A DNA stretch of 64,000 bases, taken from assembly GCA_973895155.1 (NCBI GenBank), contig OZ316891.1:31193112-31257111 (forward strand), written 5' to 3'. This stretch comes from Marsupella aquatica (lineage: Eukaryota; Plantae; Marchantiophyta). A model generated the notes under the pieces. That model did no database searches, was not told the DNA's origin, and saw nothing but the letters and a program-made list of their open reading frames with translations. Positions 21,811 through 33,368 of this stretch are shown piece by piece (position 1 is the stretch's first letter; each line of letters opens with the position of its first letter). The position numbers and the translations under genes are program-made.

Positions 21811-24751
21811 ATGGTGCCCCATGCCAAGAAACTAACATTGGCAAAGGAGGGACAGCATTTTCGATACCGTGTAGGCGAGCAGGGGAACCACGTATTCAAG
21901 TGTATATGCGCCGGTCATGCTCCTCGCGGTTTCTCTTCGTTCAAGTCATTTCAGACTCACTTGAGCACCAAGCATGGCCAAAAACTCCCTGCTGATTTGT
22001 TGGAGCCAGGCCTGCCTTGGTTGAGTTCAAAACTCAACACCTCTCGTCCCGCCAAGAAACCACGGAAATGCAGCAACAACAGTGGTAAGAAGACGGAAGG
22101 TGCGTCATGGATTCGATTACGGTCGACTGCCAAGCTAAGATGGCAAATGACGAAGCAGCGCAAAAAGAATCAACTGAAGGTGGACTATTGCGTTTCAGTT
22201 CTGGGGAAGAAGGAGCCATCGGTTCCATCGAAATCGGTGCTTGTTCGTCTCATTAAGGTCTACCACATTCGTCCGAAAGAGAAGAGTGGTTGGGGCTGCT
22301 TGGTAGACGATAGTTTCTTTGAGATGTTACAGGAGCATGTCAGCTCTGCTCCTATCACCAATGCTGTGTATCACTGGGCCGAGCATGTGCAGCAATTGCC
22401 TGCTCAGTTGCCTGTGGATCGAAAGTTGCATGCTTTGCAGGTTGATTGTCGACTATTACAGGTACTTTTTCCGCTGAGAGATGTCCCTGCCCAGTCTGTC
22501 CAACCTTCAGCAGGTGAGGAGAGTAGAGAACTCATTGTTGCAGACGCCTTGGAGTTTTTGAGGAAGAAAAGGGAAAGTCTGTTGTGGAAAGTCGGAGCAA
22601 AAGAAATCGATTTTGACCATGCCTATCCAGACTATGTGAAGTGGAAAAAGGAGCAGAAGCATCTGTCAATTGCCACAGCCGGTCGAAATTGTGTGAAAGA
22701 TTACACAAGTGATGGCATGTCACAAGAAGAAGCAGAGGCAGCGGTACGTAACACAATCATTTTACTTGCCTTTGCATTGTTGTGTATACTTCGCGCACAA
22801 TGTTTACACCAATTTTCATATTGCAGGCTGGAGTTCACGAAGTGTGGGTTGATACCTCAGATGAGGAGGGGTACGAGCCCACCCCTGACAAGTGGGGATT
22901 AGATTATCATGAGTCCTCTGATGAAGAAGACGCAGCAGAGGTATAGTTCCTCTTCCCCTTCTGCCAATGATTTTTTATGAATCTGCATAGTTTGACAACA
23001 TTGACCGGAATGTCTACGAAACTTCAGGTTCCTTTGAATGACGAAGCTCAAGCCAAAGAATCAGGGAAGAAAGGAAAGCCACGCAGGAAGCCAAACGAAC
23101 CCAAGAAGCAGCCTCCACAGAAAATTACGCCTCCTGTTGACACTCAGGAAGCCGATGAGGTAAATTTGCACTTCCAATGTAATTATCCCATTTGTATACC
23201 ATGATATCAATGTATGCACGATGGTTTAGTGCTCTTAGCCCGAGTATTGCTTTTTCAGGTTCCTCCCAACAAAGGAGCCGAAGCCAACCAATCAAAGCGG
23301 AAAACAAAAAGAACCAAGAAATCTGTAGAGCCACCACCGAACGGCAACACCACCCTTCCCGTAGATTCTTAGCAAGCTGACCAGGTAACGTTTACAGATG
23401 AAAGTTCTTTGCAAAATGTGTAAATAGTGTGGAGAACGTTTCCTGTTTTATCAACACTGCAAGTTCAAGAGTAGGACATTATGTTGAATACCATGATGTT
23501 AATGTATACTCACTATTTGAATGCGCCTGTACCCCGAGTATTGCATTTTAGGATCCTGAATCCCATGAAGGACCTACACCCGAACAATCTGTAGAGCCAC
23601 CACCGAACGGAAACACCACCCTTCCCGTAGATTCTCAGCAAGCTGACCAGGTAATGTTTACAGATGAAAGTTCTTTGCAACATGTGTAAATAGTGTGGAG
23701 AACGTTTCCTATTTTATCAACACTGCAAGTTCAAGAGTAGGACACCAATCTTATGTTGTATACCATGATGTTAATGTATACTTACTGTTTGAATGTGCCT
23801 GTACTCCGAGTACTGCATTTTAGGTTCCTGAATCCCATGAAGGACCTACACCCGAACAATCTAAGAGGAAATCAAAGAGAACCAAGAAATCTGTACAACC
23901 ACAGAAGCCCGCGCCTGAGGTAAGCGTGTTTTCAATAGGCCAAGGAGGAACATTCCAACATAGACAGTGGTAAAAATGTATTCTATGTGTACTTATTTGA
24001 TTTAAACATGCAATCACCTTAGTTTGCAATGACAGGGACCAAAGGAAGGAGAGCAAGCAACGGCACCCCCGGAGACAGAAAAAAGTGAACCTAGACGTTC
24101 AAAGAGGAAGCAAACAACTGCTCCCACCGAAGAGAAAATTGCCCAAACAAAAAGAAAGACCAGAACTAAAACCAAGGTAAGTACAAATCATTGTGTACTA
24201 TGTGGCCATATTGTATAGGGACTAAACACATGATTCGCTTGATACTGATTTCAGCCTTACAATTGCAGGATTCATCTAAACAAGTCCAGGATGTCAATGC
24301 ACAACCAGCACCAGAGGGAGGCAACACTATTGAAACTCAGGGTACTGCCCTTCCACCGAATGTGTCTGCAATCCCATCAGGAGAGGTGACTGCACCGGTA
24401 GGGAGCACACCTTATGTAATTGACTTTGGTGGCATGATTGATTGGTAAGATGTGTTTCTTTGCTGATTGCTTTCATATGTGAATTTGCAGGAGTACCAGA
24501 AACCACCTGATGTGCAACCAGACCCATATGCAAGTAGACGTCGGAGAAAATTGACAGTTCGTGGGCCATTGGGCAAGGCGCAAAGTGAATTTGTAATCCC
24601 GGGGTCTGTACCACAAGAGGTCACTGTGCAGGAGGACGATATTTTGGATTCCTTGCACGCATCACAAATTCTCCAAGATTGTAGCCAGGCTGATGTTACC
24701 TCTTTTCACAAGGCAATCGATAAAATGATTAATAATGTGGATGAAGTTTAG
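21811..24751 (+). CDS. MULE accessory gene, multi-exon: N-terminal C2H2-like zinc finger and K/E/P-rich low-complexity C-terminus; function unknown
   Basis: Long first exon containing FKCICAGHAPRGFSSFKSFQTHLSTKH, then about 8 short GT-AG-bounded exons ending at TAG 24749-24751. Exon boundaries are approximate. Confidence 0.6.
23205..23865 (+). repeat. Tandem duplication (~270-bp period) of exon+intron units inside the accessory gene
   Basis: ATCTGTAGAGCCACCACCGAACGG...GCTGACCAGGTAA...GTAGGACA at ~23320 and ~23586; CCTGAATCCCATGAAGGACCTACACCCGAACAATCT at ~23555 and ~23827. Confidence 0.85.
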
Positions 24752-24999
24752 GGTACAATTAGCAATATCTGAGGGATAGTCTAGGGTACCTAGCCCTGTT
24801 TTGTCACCAATGTGTTCATGATAATAAATATGAAATGTTCCTGCATTTCTTGCTCTCTTTGAAGACTATATAACATGATCTGTTCCAAAAATGGTCATAG
24901 TAGATCTATGGCTGGGATACAATATGTATGTTGTATTCACATTTTCTCTGACTTTACGACGAAGATGCCCCACTGTCGAATCCTTCCCACTGACTAAGG

Positions 25000-25650
25000 C
25001 GCCCAAATGGACAAAAACTACGGAATTTGAACACAGAAAACCCTTTTTCATGTATACGATCTGGACGATGTATTCAGATTTCACACTTGGAAAAAAAATG
25101 TCCCTCCGACTTTACGAACACGCCCTCCGCCGAAGCCTGCCCAAATGGACAAAACCTATGGAGTCTCAACATAGAGATACATATTTCATGTACACACTTT
25201 GGACATTGTATTCAGATTTCACACTTGGAAGCAAAAAATTGTCCCTCCGACTTTACGAACACGCCCTCCGCCGATGCCTGCCCAAATGGACAAAACCTAT
25301 GGAGTCTCAATATAGAAATACATGTATACACTTTGGACATTGTATTCATATCACACTTGGAAATAAAAATTGTCCCTCCGACTTTCCGAACACGGCCTCC
25401 GCCGAAGCCTGCCCAAATGGACAAAACCTATGGAGTCTCAACATAGAAATACATTTTTCATGTATACACTTTGGACATTGTATTCAGATTTCACACTTGG
25501 AAAAAAATATTGTCCCTAGCCCTCCGACTTTACGAACACGGCCTCCGCCGAAGCCTGCCCAAATGGACAAAACCTATGGAGTTTCAACATAGAAATACCT
25601 TTTTCACGTATACACTTTTCACGTTGTATTCATAATTCACAGTTACAAAA
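25000..25650. repeat. Tandem array, ~130-146-bp unit, about 4.5 copies, between the convergent 3' ends of the MULE genes
   Basis: GCCCAAATGGACAAAAC recurs at ~25000, 25139, 25280, 25411 and 25557, with a shared TCCGACTTT.CGAACACG.CCTCCGCCGA.GCCT. Confidence 0.92.
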
Positions 25651-25929
25651 AAATTCATTCACTTGAACTTTACAAAGACAGTCGGGCCTAAATGGAAAAA
25701 AAGCATGTCATATTCAACACTTTAATAATCATACAGCACATGCACCATGGAAGGCGTACTCAGACCTAACAAATGCAAATAAAAGGCTTCACTCCTCATT
25801 GGATGGAATACAACATCCACTTTGTAACAATTTGAACTCATTCAAGGTAGTGTTTAGGTCCATGCACAAATGTGCCCTACTACCATCTAACTTCCCAATA
25901 TAGTGAATAGTAGACTGTGATGTATATGT

Positions 25930-28900
25930 CTATTCTGTGATATCTACTTCATGAGGTAGCCCAAAATAAGGGCAATTATCAACAGCTTCTTCAGCAAGTT
26001 CAGTGATGCGCCGCGCCCACTCATAATCCAAGGAGTTTTGAATGCGTGGATTGGAAGGCATAGTACCACTGCCTATTGTTGGTGCTCCAACGGTGACAAG
26101 CCACTCACTTTCTCCAGCATTGTTCACATTGTCATGCTCTTCCCCTTCCACCTGCGCATTACAATAACACTAGAATAAGTAAACAAATTCTTATGAAACT
26201 AGGACTTTTATATGGACCATCTCTGTCTTGCAACATTATAACATTTGGTACCTGCTCATCATCTTCAGTTGCTTGGGCAACTGAAACTTCTTTGCAAGAT
26301 CGTTTGTTGTGGCCAACCTTTCCGCACCTGCTGCACGTACACTTTACATTACCCCGCTTCCTTTTCTTAGGTAGGATCTCAACCATTGGGAGGCCACTCG
26401 CAGAGTTTGCACCTGGAAACGGAATGCCTCTCTCATTGTCATCATCCATTGGATATCTGAGACACAGCCTTCCTGTTGGATCAAGATGGAGGTCCTCCCC
26501 ATTCCCTAAAGCCCTGGAACGAGTTTCCCCATGAATTCTTACCATTCGATGTCGCCCATTCACTATAGTAGGTTCTGGAGCATGACAACTTAAGCTCAAT
26601 GGAAGGTGAGTGGAAACAAAACTAGGTAATACACCATCATAAAGTAAAACCAAAGACTGTGTCCGCCAGCATTTATGAAAATGCCTAGCCGGATTCTTTC
26701 CTGTTTCATCATCCCATGCCAGCATATGTTGGCATGGCCAAACCATCTCCTGCAGCTCCATGCAAGTGCACTTTGGTTTTGGTGATAAAGTGACAAGATA
26801 CTCCTCACTCCCTGTTGTAGTCTGAATTTTGGCACTGGATTGACCATCACTGAATACCTGTAGCATGACAGTATGAAATATGAAGCGTGAGACAATCCAT
26901 CCTCCACATGTGGTCAAAATGTTTGTTACAAAAGGAAAAGAAAGAGCCAATTTGCACCTGGAATTGTTGGAAGTTCTGCAAGTTGGTATTGTATCGTAGT
27001 TGTGCTGGTTTTGACAATGGTTCTTGTCTGCATGCAACCTCTATTCTCCTGTCTTTAAACTTTTGTTGAATGTACACCCAAAGAGCCACCAACAACTTTC
27101 CAGGTGCTAGCAGACGGAATGGTAATAATCCAGAATTTGCTTGCTCGGCTGGATTACTTGTGACCTTACCCATGCGAGGGAGTGGGAATGCATGCCTGGC
27201 ATAACATTTCACATCCAGACCGCGGATGTAATGTGCTGCATCAACTCCCTTGCCGGCTATCAATGAACCAGACAGTCGATCTAGCACAGACTCATATCTG
27301 AATTGAAAGAGACAGAATACATGAGTGACAATGTTTACAGAGACAGAATACATCAAGCACAATGTCAAAATATATAGAATACATCAAGCACAATGTCTGA
27401 ATAGGCAAATTGCTTTCATATTGGTCCTAGTGAGTGTATTTACTTACTGGTGCACATCATTGGCATAGACACATCCGTAGAAGAATTCACTTGCTGTTCT
27501 ACCATGCCTGGTCTTCACGTTTGCCCTCAAATGATTTGTGCACTGTGCATGGATCTTTCCTACTGTCCAAAAATAATAAATTAGATTTTGTACTCCAGTT
27601 AGCACAGTATCATCATAACTCTCAAATTTGACAGAATTAAGCAATCTAAGTGTGGAAGGGTGTTACCTGGCCAAATCTGACTTACAGCAGCAGTGAGACC
27701 CTTTTGACGATCTGACATGATGACAATGTCTTCACTACCAATGCCATATACAGCTCTGTCCATTAATTCTAGAAACCAAAGCCAGTTCTCTGTGTTTTCA
27801 ACTGGTGCTACTCCATAGTAAAGTATGACACCGTTTGAGTTCCCATCCAGGCATGTAGCTAAAAATAGTTGAGTTGGATATTTTCTATTCTTGGTGTGAC
27901 AAGCATCTAAACTAACCATCGGCTGAGTATAGTTAAGTGCTTTCCTGGTGGCAGATGGACATATGAATGCTCTGCAAAAAATGGTGGAGTCCTCCATAGT
28001 GCACCAATGTGCAACACAGCCAGGGTCTGTCTCCCGAATCCTGTCAATCAATGCTGGGATCATCTGAAAAGATGATTTCTGTGAGCCAGCGGTCCAATGC
28101 CCTACAAGATCTTTGCCCCGCCACATTTGCTGGTAGTTACTTCCTCGCTTGTAGTCACCTTGGAAACCAGACAGCAATTCCTTCACAGGCATTTTCAGAT
28201 TTCTGATGATTCTTGGAGCCAATGTTACCCCCAACCATGCAGACTTGTGAGTAGGAGCTCTCCACTTGTGAATGTGAGCAGCACAAGTATGTGTTAGTTC
28301 ACATACAGTGATAATATGACCCCCACCCTTCACTCTACTGCAACGTACTCTGAAAGAACATTCATCCTCTGAGTAAAGCAAGTCTTCTGGTCCTGGTGGA
28401 GAGGGCTTAGATCTGGACAACTGTCCACAAGCTCCAGTTGCAGATGGCTTCCTAGTTTTCTGTTGACCAGGTTTACGTGGGTGTTGCGAACCAGGTAACC
28501 AAACGCTAGTGTGTTGGACTATGGACTTTGGTCTGTTGTGCACAACTCTTCCTTGTGTAGACAAAACAGTATTTATGTGCACAGTTTGTTGTACAGATAT
28601 AGGTGCATTTTGGTGCACGGATTGTTGTGTAGACAATGACACATTTGTCTGCATGGTGTTCGCTTGAATGGCTGAAAGCGGTGCACAAGGTTGCTGACGA
28701 GCAAGAGTGATCTGATTAATGGCATTATGAAATTGACGATCTTCAATCTGCAAAACCCCATGATTGTACACACCAAGAATTTCAGCAAGTGATTGTAGGA
28801 TGTCCCAAAATAAAAAAAGGTGTGGCATTGGTGGCAGTGGCAGCGGCAGCACACACCTCTGCTTGACTGCGATATCGATTCTCTTGTTGTGTAGTTTGCT

Positions 28901-29291
28901 GCAATGTCTGAGACCTTGGTCCTTTCGATCGTCTTCTACTCCAATGGCCATATCTGCTATGAAACTCATGCTCACCTTCTGACTCTTCATCCTCTTCCTC
29001 AAATTGAAGCTGCCACTGGTTTGGTTCCTCCGTAGCATGTGAACGAATGTTGTCATTGTCACCTTGATCATCACAAGCTGCCTCATCATCGACTACCTGT
29101 TTCGATCTAGCAATCTTTCCAAACCTGCATACACGAATACATCAATTTGCAAACGTCTTGTATCTGGACATGGCTCGACCATTCATCACAGCCAGAGAAT
29201 CTAGGCACCGATCAAACTCTTCAAAGCTATTGAAGTGCTCTCCCAACTTGATTCGAGCAGCCTCTGCTGCCACTGTAACAGAGGAAGACAT
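25930..29291 (-). CDS. MuDR/MULE DDE transposase with SWIM and CCHC zinc knuckle (spliced; start may lie further upstream, near 29613)
   Basis: LGEHFNSFEEF N-terminal motif, VSLDACH, CLDGNS, ENWLWFL, IMSDRQKGL, HAQCTNHL, TSNPAEQANS (catalytic E), SWIM CTC...WPCQH, and CSRCGKVGHNKRSC. Confidence 0.92.
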
Positions 29292-30646
29292 GTCCTCACG
29301 TTAATATGTATACAATGACATCAATGTTCATGTGCGGAAGCTACATGCATGCCTGGATGGGAACTCAAACGGTGTCATACTTTCAAATCACATTGGACTG
29401 ACACACATTGTATGAAAATAAGAAACGTCCAGACAATCTGATGGCACCTTCTTCAGCAGTTCTGCCATCCAATATCCTCGGGGGGTTCTCAACATTCTTT
29501 CGAGCCCTCTGACGTTCTTGTGTGTCTTGCGTTCGTGCCCTCTCATGATAGGGGACATTGACTTCCCAAACATCACCTCTGGTCCACAAATGCATTGAGT
29601 CATTGTCCTCCATGCCTGACACTGTCCCTCTAAGCGTACTGTACACATTAGGGGAGTGGAAACACTCACGACCCTGCCGTGCGAGCTCACGCGCAAAGCA
29701 TGTGCACAAAAAAGTGTCGTGTGAAATGACAGGAACGTGCAAAAGTTCTGTAACATGTCAGTGATTTGGCCGGTCATCCTCTGAAAACATTATCCACCCT
29801 GTATTCTATTCAAGATATAAGCATGTTTAGCTTTTCCGCGCCTAAGCCAACGGTTACTCCAAACCCTAATTTGTTTAACTATATATAATCTAATACATTT
29901 TTTTATACATGGCTGTAAATGTCTACACCGCTTTGTATATGTTGTGGTTGCACTATGCTTGGTTCATCCAACATTGTGGTCATTGTATACAGTTATGTCA
30001 ATGTATACATGATCTAACTATGAGGCTCTATTTCATCGTGCGGCAGCACAACATAAGGTTTGTTTGACATCACGGTTCATGTTTGTACACATTGTTGTCA
30101 ATGTCTACATTGCGGGATACATTGATTCACTCGGAACTGCGATCGTAGTCGACCGCATTCGGCGACCCGGTCGGACACTGAAGAACAGTAGAACATGCTG
30201 CGTTTTACAGTGACAATCTCGCGTTATAAGAACTGCACAATGTGTTAGAAGAACATATCACACGAAATAGTACCTCTGGTGGGCCCGGAGGTCCACTGGG
30301 AGAGCGTGGGAAACTTTTGGTCCATTAAGAGAGAAAGTTGCATTTGGAGGTCCACTAAGTATATCTCTCGATTTTTTCACCAAATTAAACACCTTGTCTA
30401 AAGTTACTCCACACTTTTGAAATGAAGTTCCATAAATGCATATCCCTTGAATCCAGGAGACACCCTTTTGGAAATGTTTGGACCACCTCTCGAGGTAGTT
30501 AAAATTCTAGACAAAAATCATTATGCATCATCATTTCTTTGGGGCCCAGCTTGGGCCCACTACTTACAGCATATGATTGGTAGACATAGTACCTTTGGGT
30601 AACTTCTCTAGTGACACTTTGAAGTTTTTTTATTGTACCAGGAGCG

Positions 30647-31445
30647 TTAACACACATCCTCCCCCAAAAGTGGGGTTCACATGAAGCTAGTGGTGTTTAG
30701 AATTTTTTTCCCAATTGGGGGAACCCACTATAGTCGTTTCCAGTCAATGTTCACTGAGCTACCATGAGGACACCATTAAATGCTAAACACCTTAGCATGA
30801 GGACACCATTAAATGCTAAACACCTTACTCCTAGAAGTGAGTCTTGTGAATACAAATTACACATTCTCTTCCCTTGGCCCCAGGCCCCATGGAATCCTAG
30901 TCATTAAGTCATAGGAGATTGGGCCCACACTTTTTGTGAGGTGAACGTTCTTTTACTCCAAAAGAAACGACAACCTCTGGAGATGGTCTTTTGTTTAGGT
31001 CTTTTGTTTAGGCCTGGAGAATTCAGTGCATTCTATTGAAGGCTCCCAAGCCTGGTTTTTTTAATTTCCTTCTATCAGTCACGGGAATCGAATTGAATGC
31101 TGTCCGTTGTGCAAGCCGTCACTGCCGGTAGCCGGTGGGCACAGGTTAGCTGTGCATAGAATCCAGCTAAATAAGTCAAATGCGCCACTGGTAACATCCA
31201 GCAGGCTCTGTCCTTGTGGTAGATGGGTGAGAATGTGGCAAGGGAGGGTGCGGGTTCAAAACTTGCCAGCCCTGTATTCCCTTTTAACACAGATCCCACT
31301 TTGGTCTCTAGTGACAATAGTACGTTCTTTTATTCCACCCGAGAGTTTAACACACATCCTCCCCAAAAAGTGGGGTTCACTCAACTACAAGACGAGTTTA
31401 ACACACATCCTCCCCAAAAAGTGGGGTTCACTCAACTACAAGACA
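30647..31445. repeat. Dispersed and tandem copies of a ~35-50-bp motif
   Basis: TTAACACACATCCTCCCC.AAAAGTGGGGTTCAC at ~30647, ~31347 and ~31398 (the last two form a tandem 51-bp pair). Confidence 0.7.
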
Positions 31446-33201
31446 ACATTAATTGTAAAACACACACGTGACTTGTAGAAGTGAGTGGGTTTTTCCTGCC
31501 AAGGGAGATCCTCAACTACCACTCTCTACCATTGGCAAAAACTGTAGTGACAGGACACCCCAGAAAAAGAGGAGTAATGATACTCCCAAAGACAGGCCAG
31601 TGGAGAGGTAATGGCCGGGCACCTAAAAGTGGGTCCGCAGAAGAAAAAAAGGAACTACTTTTGTAACTGCGGACCACCTCGTGGACCACCTCCAAACATT
31701 GAATTTTTGAAGCTGCTATAATGGTGAATCCAACCTTCAGATTTTGTCTTATTCAGATTTGTTGTGTCATGTATTTTATTTCAATGTGCCTTATCAAGGG
31801 GCAGTCTTTGTATCATATACATTTTTAATTAATTTTTAGACCCCCTTTAATTTTAGGTACTCTAAAGTAATTTGAACTTATTTTGGCAACCCCTTTGTAA
31901 CTTTTAAAGTCTATGATCTCTTAGAGATGAAACCAGTAGCTCCACCACTTGAACAAAGTATTCTCATGAGTGAGAAAAATTTACTCTAAATAACATGAAC
32001 ACATAGTGTCTTAAATTCCCCTCGTGTCTTTCTTTCCTAGGTTATGGTTTTTATTGAAATGGGTGTCATTCATAAGACACATTGAATTAAGTGCACAAAT
32101 CCTAGCATAGTTGTGTATAAAATTTTACTGTACTTTTCATTGGTCACTGTGCTTTTATTGGCAGTCACTTTACTTACATTATTTTATCCTTCTAGTTATG
32201 CTTTCATATTTTATTTACTTTCAGATCACTATAAGACAAAAAATCAAGCATGCTCAAGGATGCTATATTGTACACTAAAATATGGATACAAAAAAATTAC
32301 TTGTACACTAAACGAATACAAAAAATTACTTGTACACTGATATCTAAAAAGGTGATTGTTGTGGATCAGTTTATGGGTTGGATTTCACTCCAACAAGTCA
32401 ACAGCTCAATACCCACTTCAGCTTGTGAGAAAGGTGGTCGAATGAGTTTCTAACTACCAATTAAACATGCTTAATTCCAATAACATTTGGAATCTTATGC
32501 ATGCCATATAGCATACTCATCCTGGAACATGAAAAGTTATTTTGTCCTCTAGCAACAAGTTTAAGTTTTTTAGTGAAATACAGGTGATCTGTTTTTTTGT
32601 GGCAAATATAAATAGGACATTGATTAGGAAGCGTGACATTGAAAAATTGTGCACATAAGGTACAAGAATAAAAGTACACATGTAAAGAAAAGCTATAATA
32701 AACAAGGAAAAATTTAAGTCTATGGTATTGGGTTCTACACATACTATACACCAGTAAAGATATTTATGTACTTATCTTAGGTAATGACACTCAAATGAAT
32801 TAAAACCATAAATTTAGGACACAAAACCATGAGTAGAACTTAAAGACATGAGGAGTGCCCTTTAATTAGATCATTTCTTCTTCACTAAGGGCTAGAACTT
32901 CCGTGAGCCTTGTTGAAGGGTGGATGATCAAAAGTATATCAAAGATTGAAAAATAGCAGTCTCATTCTTATGCATGCCATAAGAAAGACGGGTTTCAAGA
33001 TGTCTTTGACTTGGTTAGGCAGCCAGTCTGGTGCCGTTTTCCTGTCCTTGTGACTTAAAGCAGGCTAGGATCCATCTGAATTGCATGGTTGAGGGCAAGG
33101 TCCATCCAGCCCTCAACTTCATCAAGTTGGTGCAGTAGGTGCACTACAGAAGTAGGAAGGAAAAATCTCAACATTTATGACAGCTACTTTGCATCAAAGA
33201 T

Positions 33202-33368
33202 GAGACATTTACTTGATGGACCCCCAAAATGCAAAGTGTTTCTTGATGGACCCATGAGTGATCCAGACCGTTGATAGATCTCAAATCAATGTACTCAAAA
33301 GCTCAGGTGGTCTCATGGAGTCTAGTAAGTAAGACATTTAATTTAGGGGTCCATCAAGTATATCTCTC
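33202..33368. mobile_element. Mutator-type MITE (167 bp)
   Basis: Termini GAGACATTTACTTGATGGACCCC and GGGGTCCATCAAGTATATCTCTC. Exact 10-bp TSD CATCAAAGAT at 33192-33201 and 33369-33378. Confidence 0.9.

Larger units (their letters stand above)
19730..30369. mobile_element. Full-length Mutator-like element (MULE), 10,640 bp
   Basis: 66-bp perfect TIR (GAGAGATATACTTAGTGGACCTCC...CCCACGC) that extends imperfectly. Exact 10-bp TSD GATTTTTTCA at 19720-19729 and 30370-30379. Encodes a MULE transposase. Confidence 0.96.

Noticed and set aside
24891-25592. 233-aa and 139-aa repetitive ORFs; CRISPR-like appearance of the array
   Set aside because: Translations of a tandem array. The units are wholly repeated with no unique spacers, and there are no cas genes in this eukaryotic DNA.
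29687-29706. TCACGCGCAAAGCATGTGCA as a seventh palindromic site
   Set aside because: Only the left half matches, the spacing is wrong, and it lies in a different element; probably chance.
31990-32860. Degenerate long inverted repeat (32037-32085 versus 32776-32820)
   Set aside because: Probably an old foldback element, but its ends and TSD cannot be defined.
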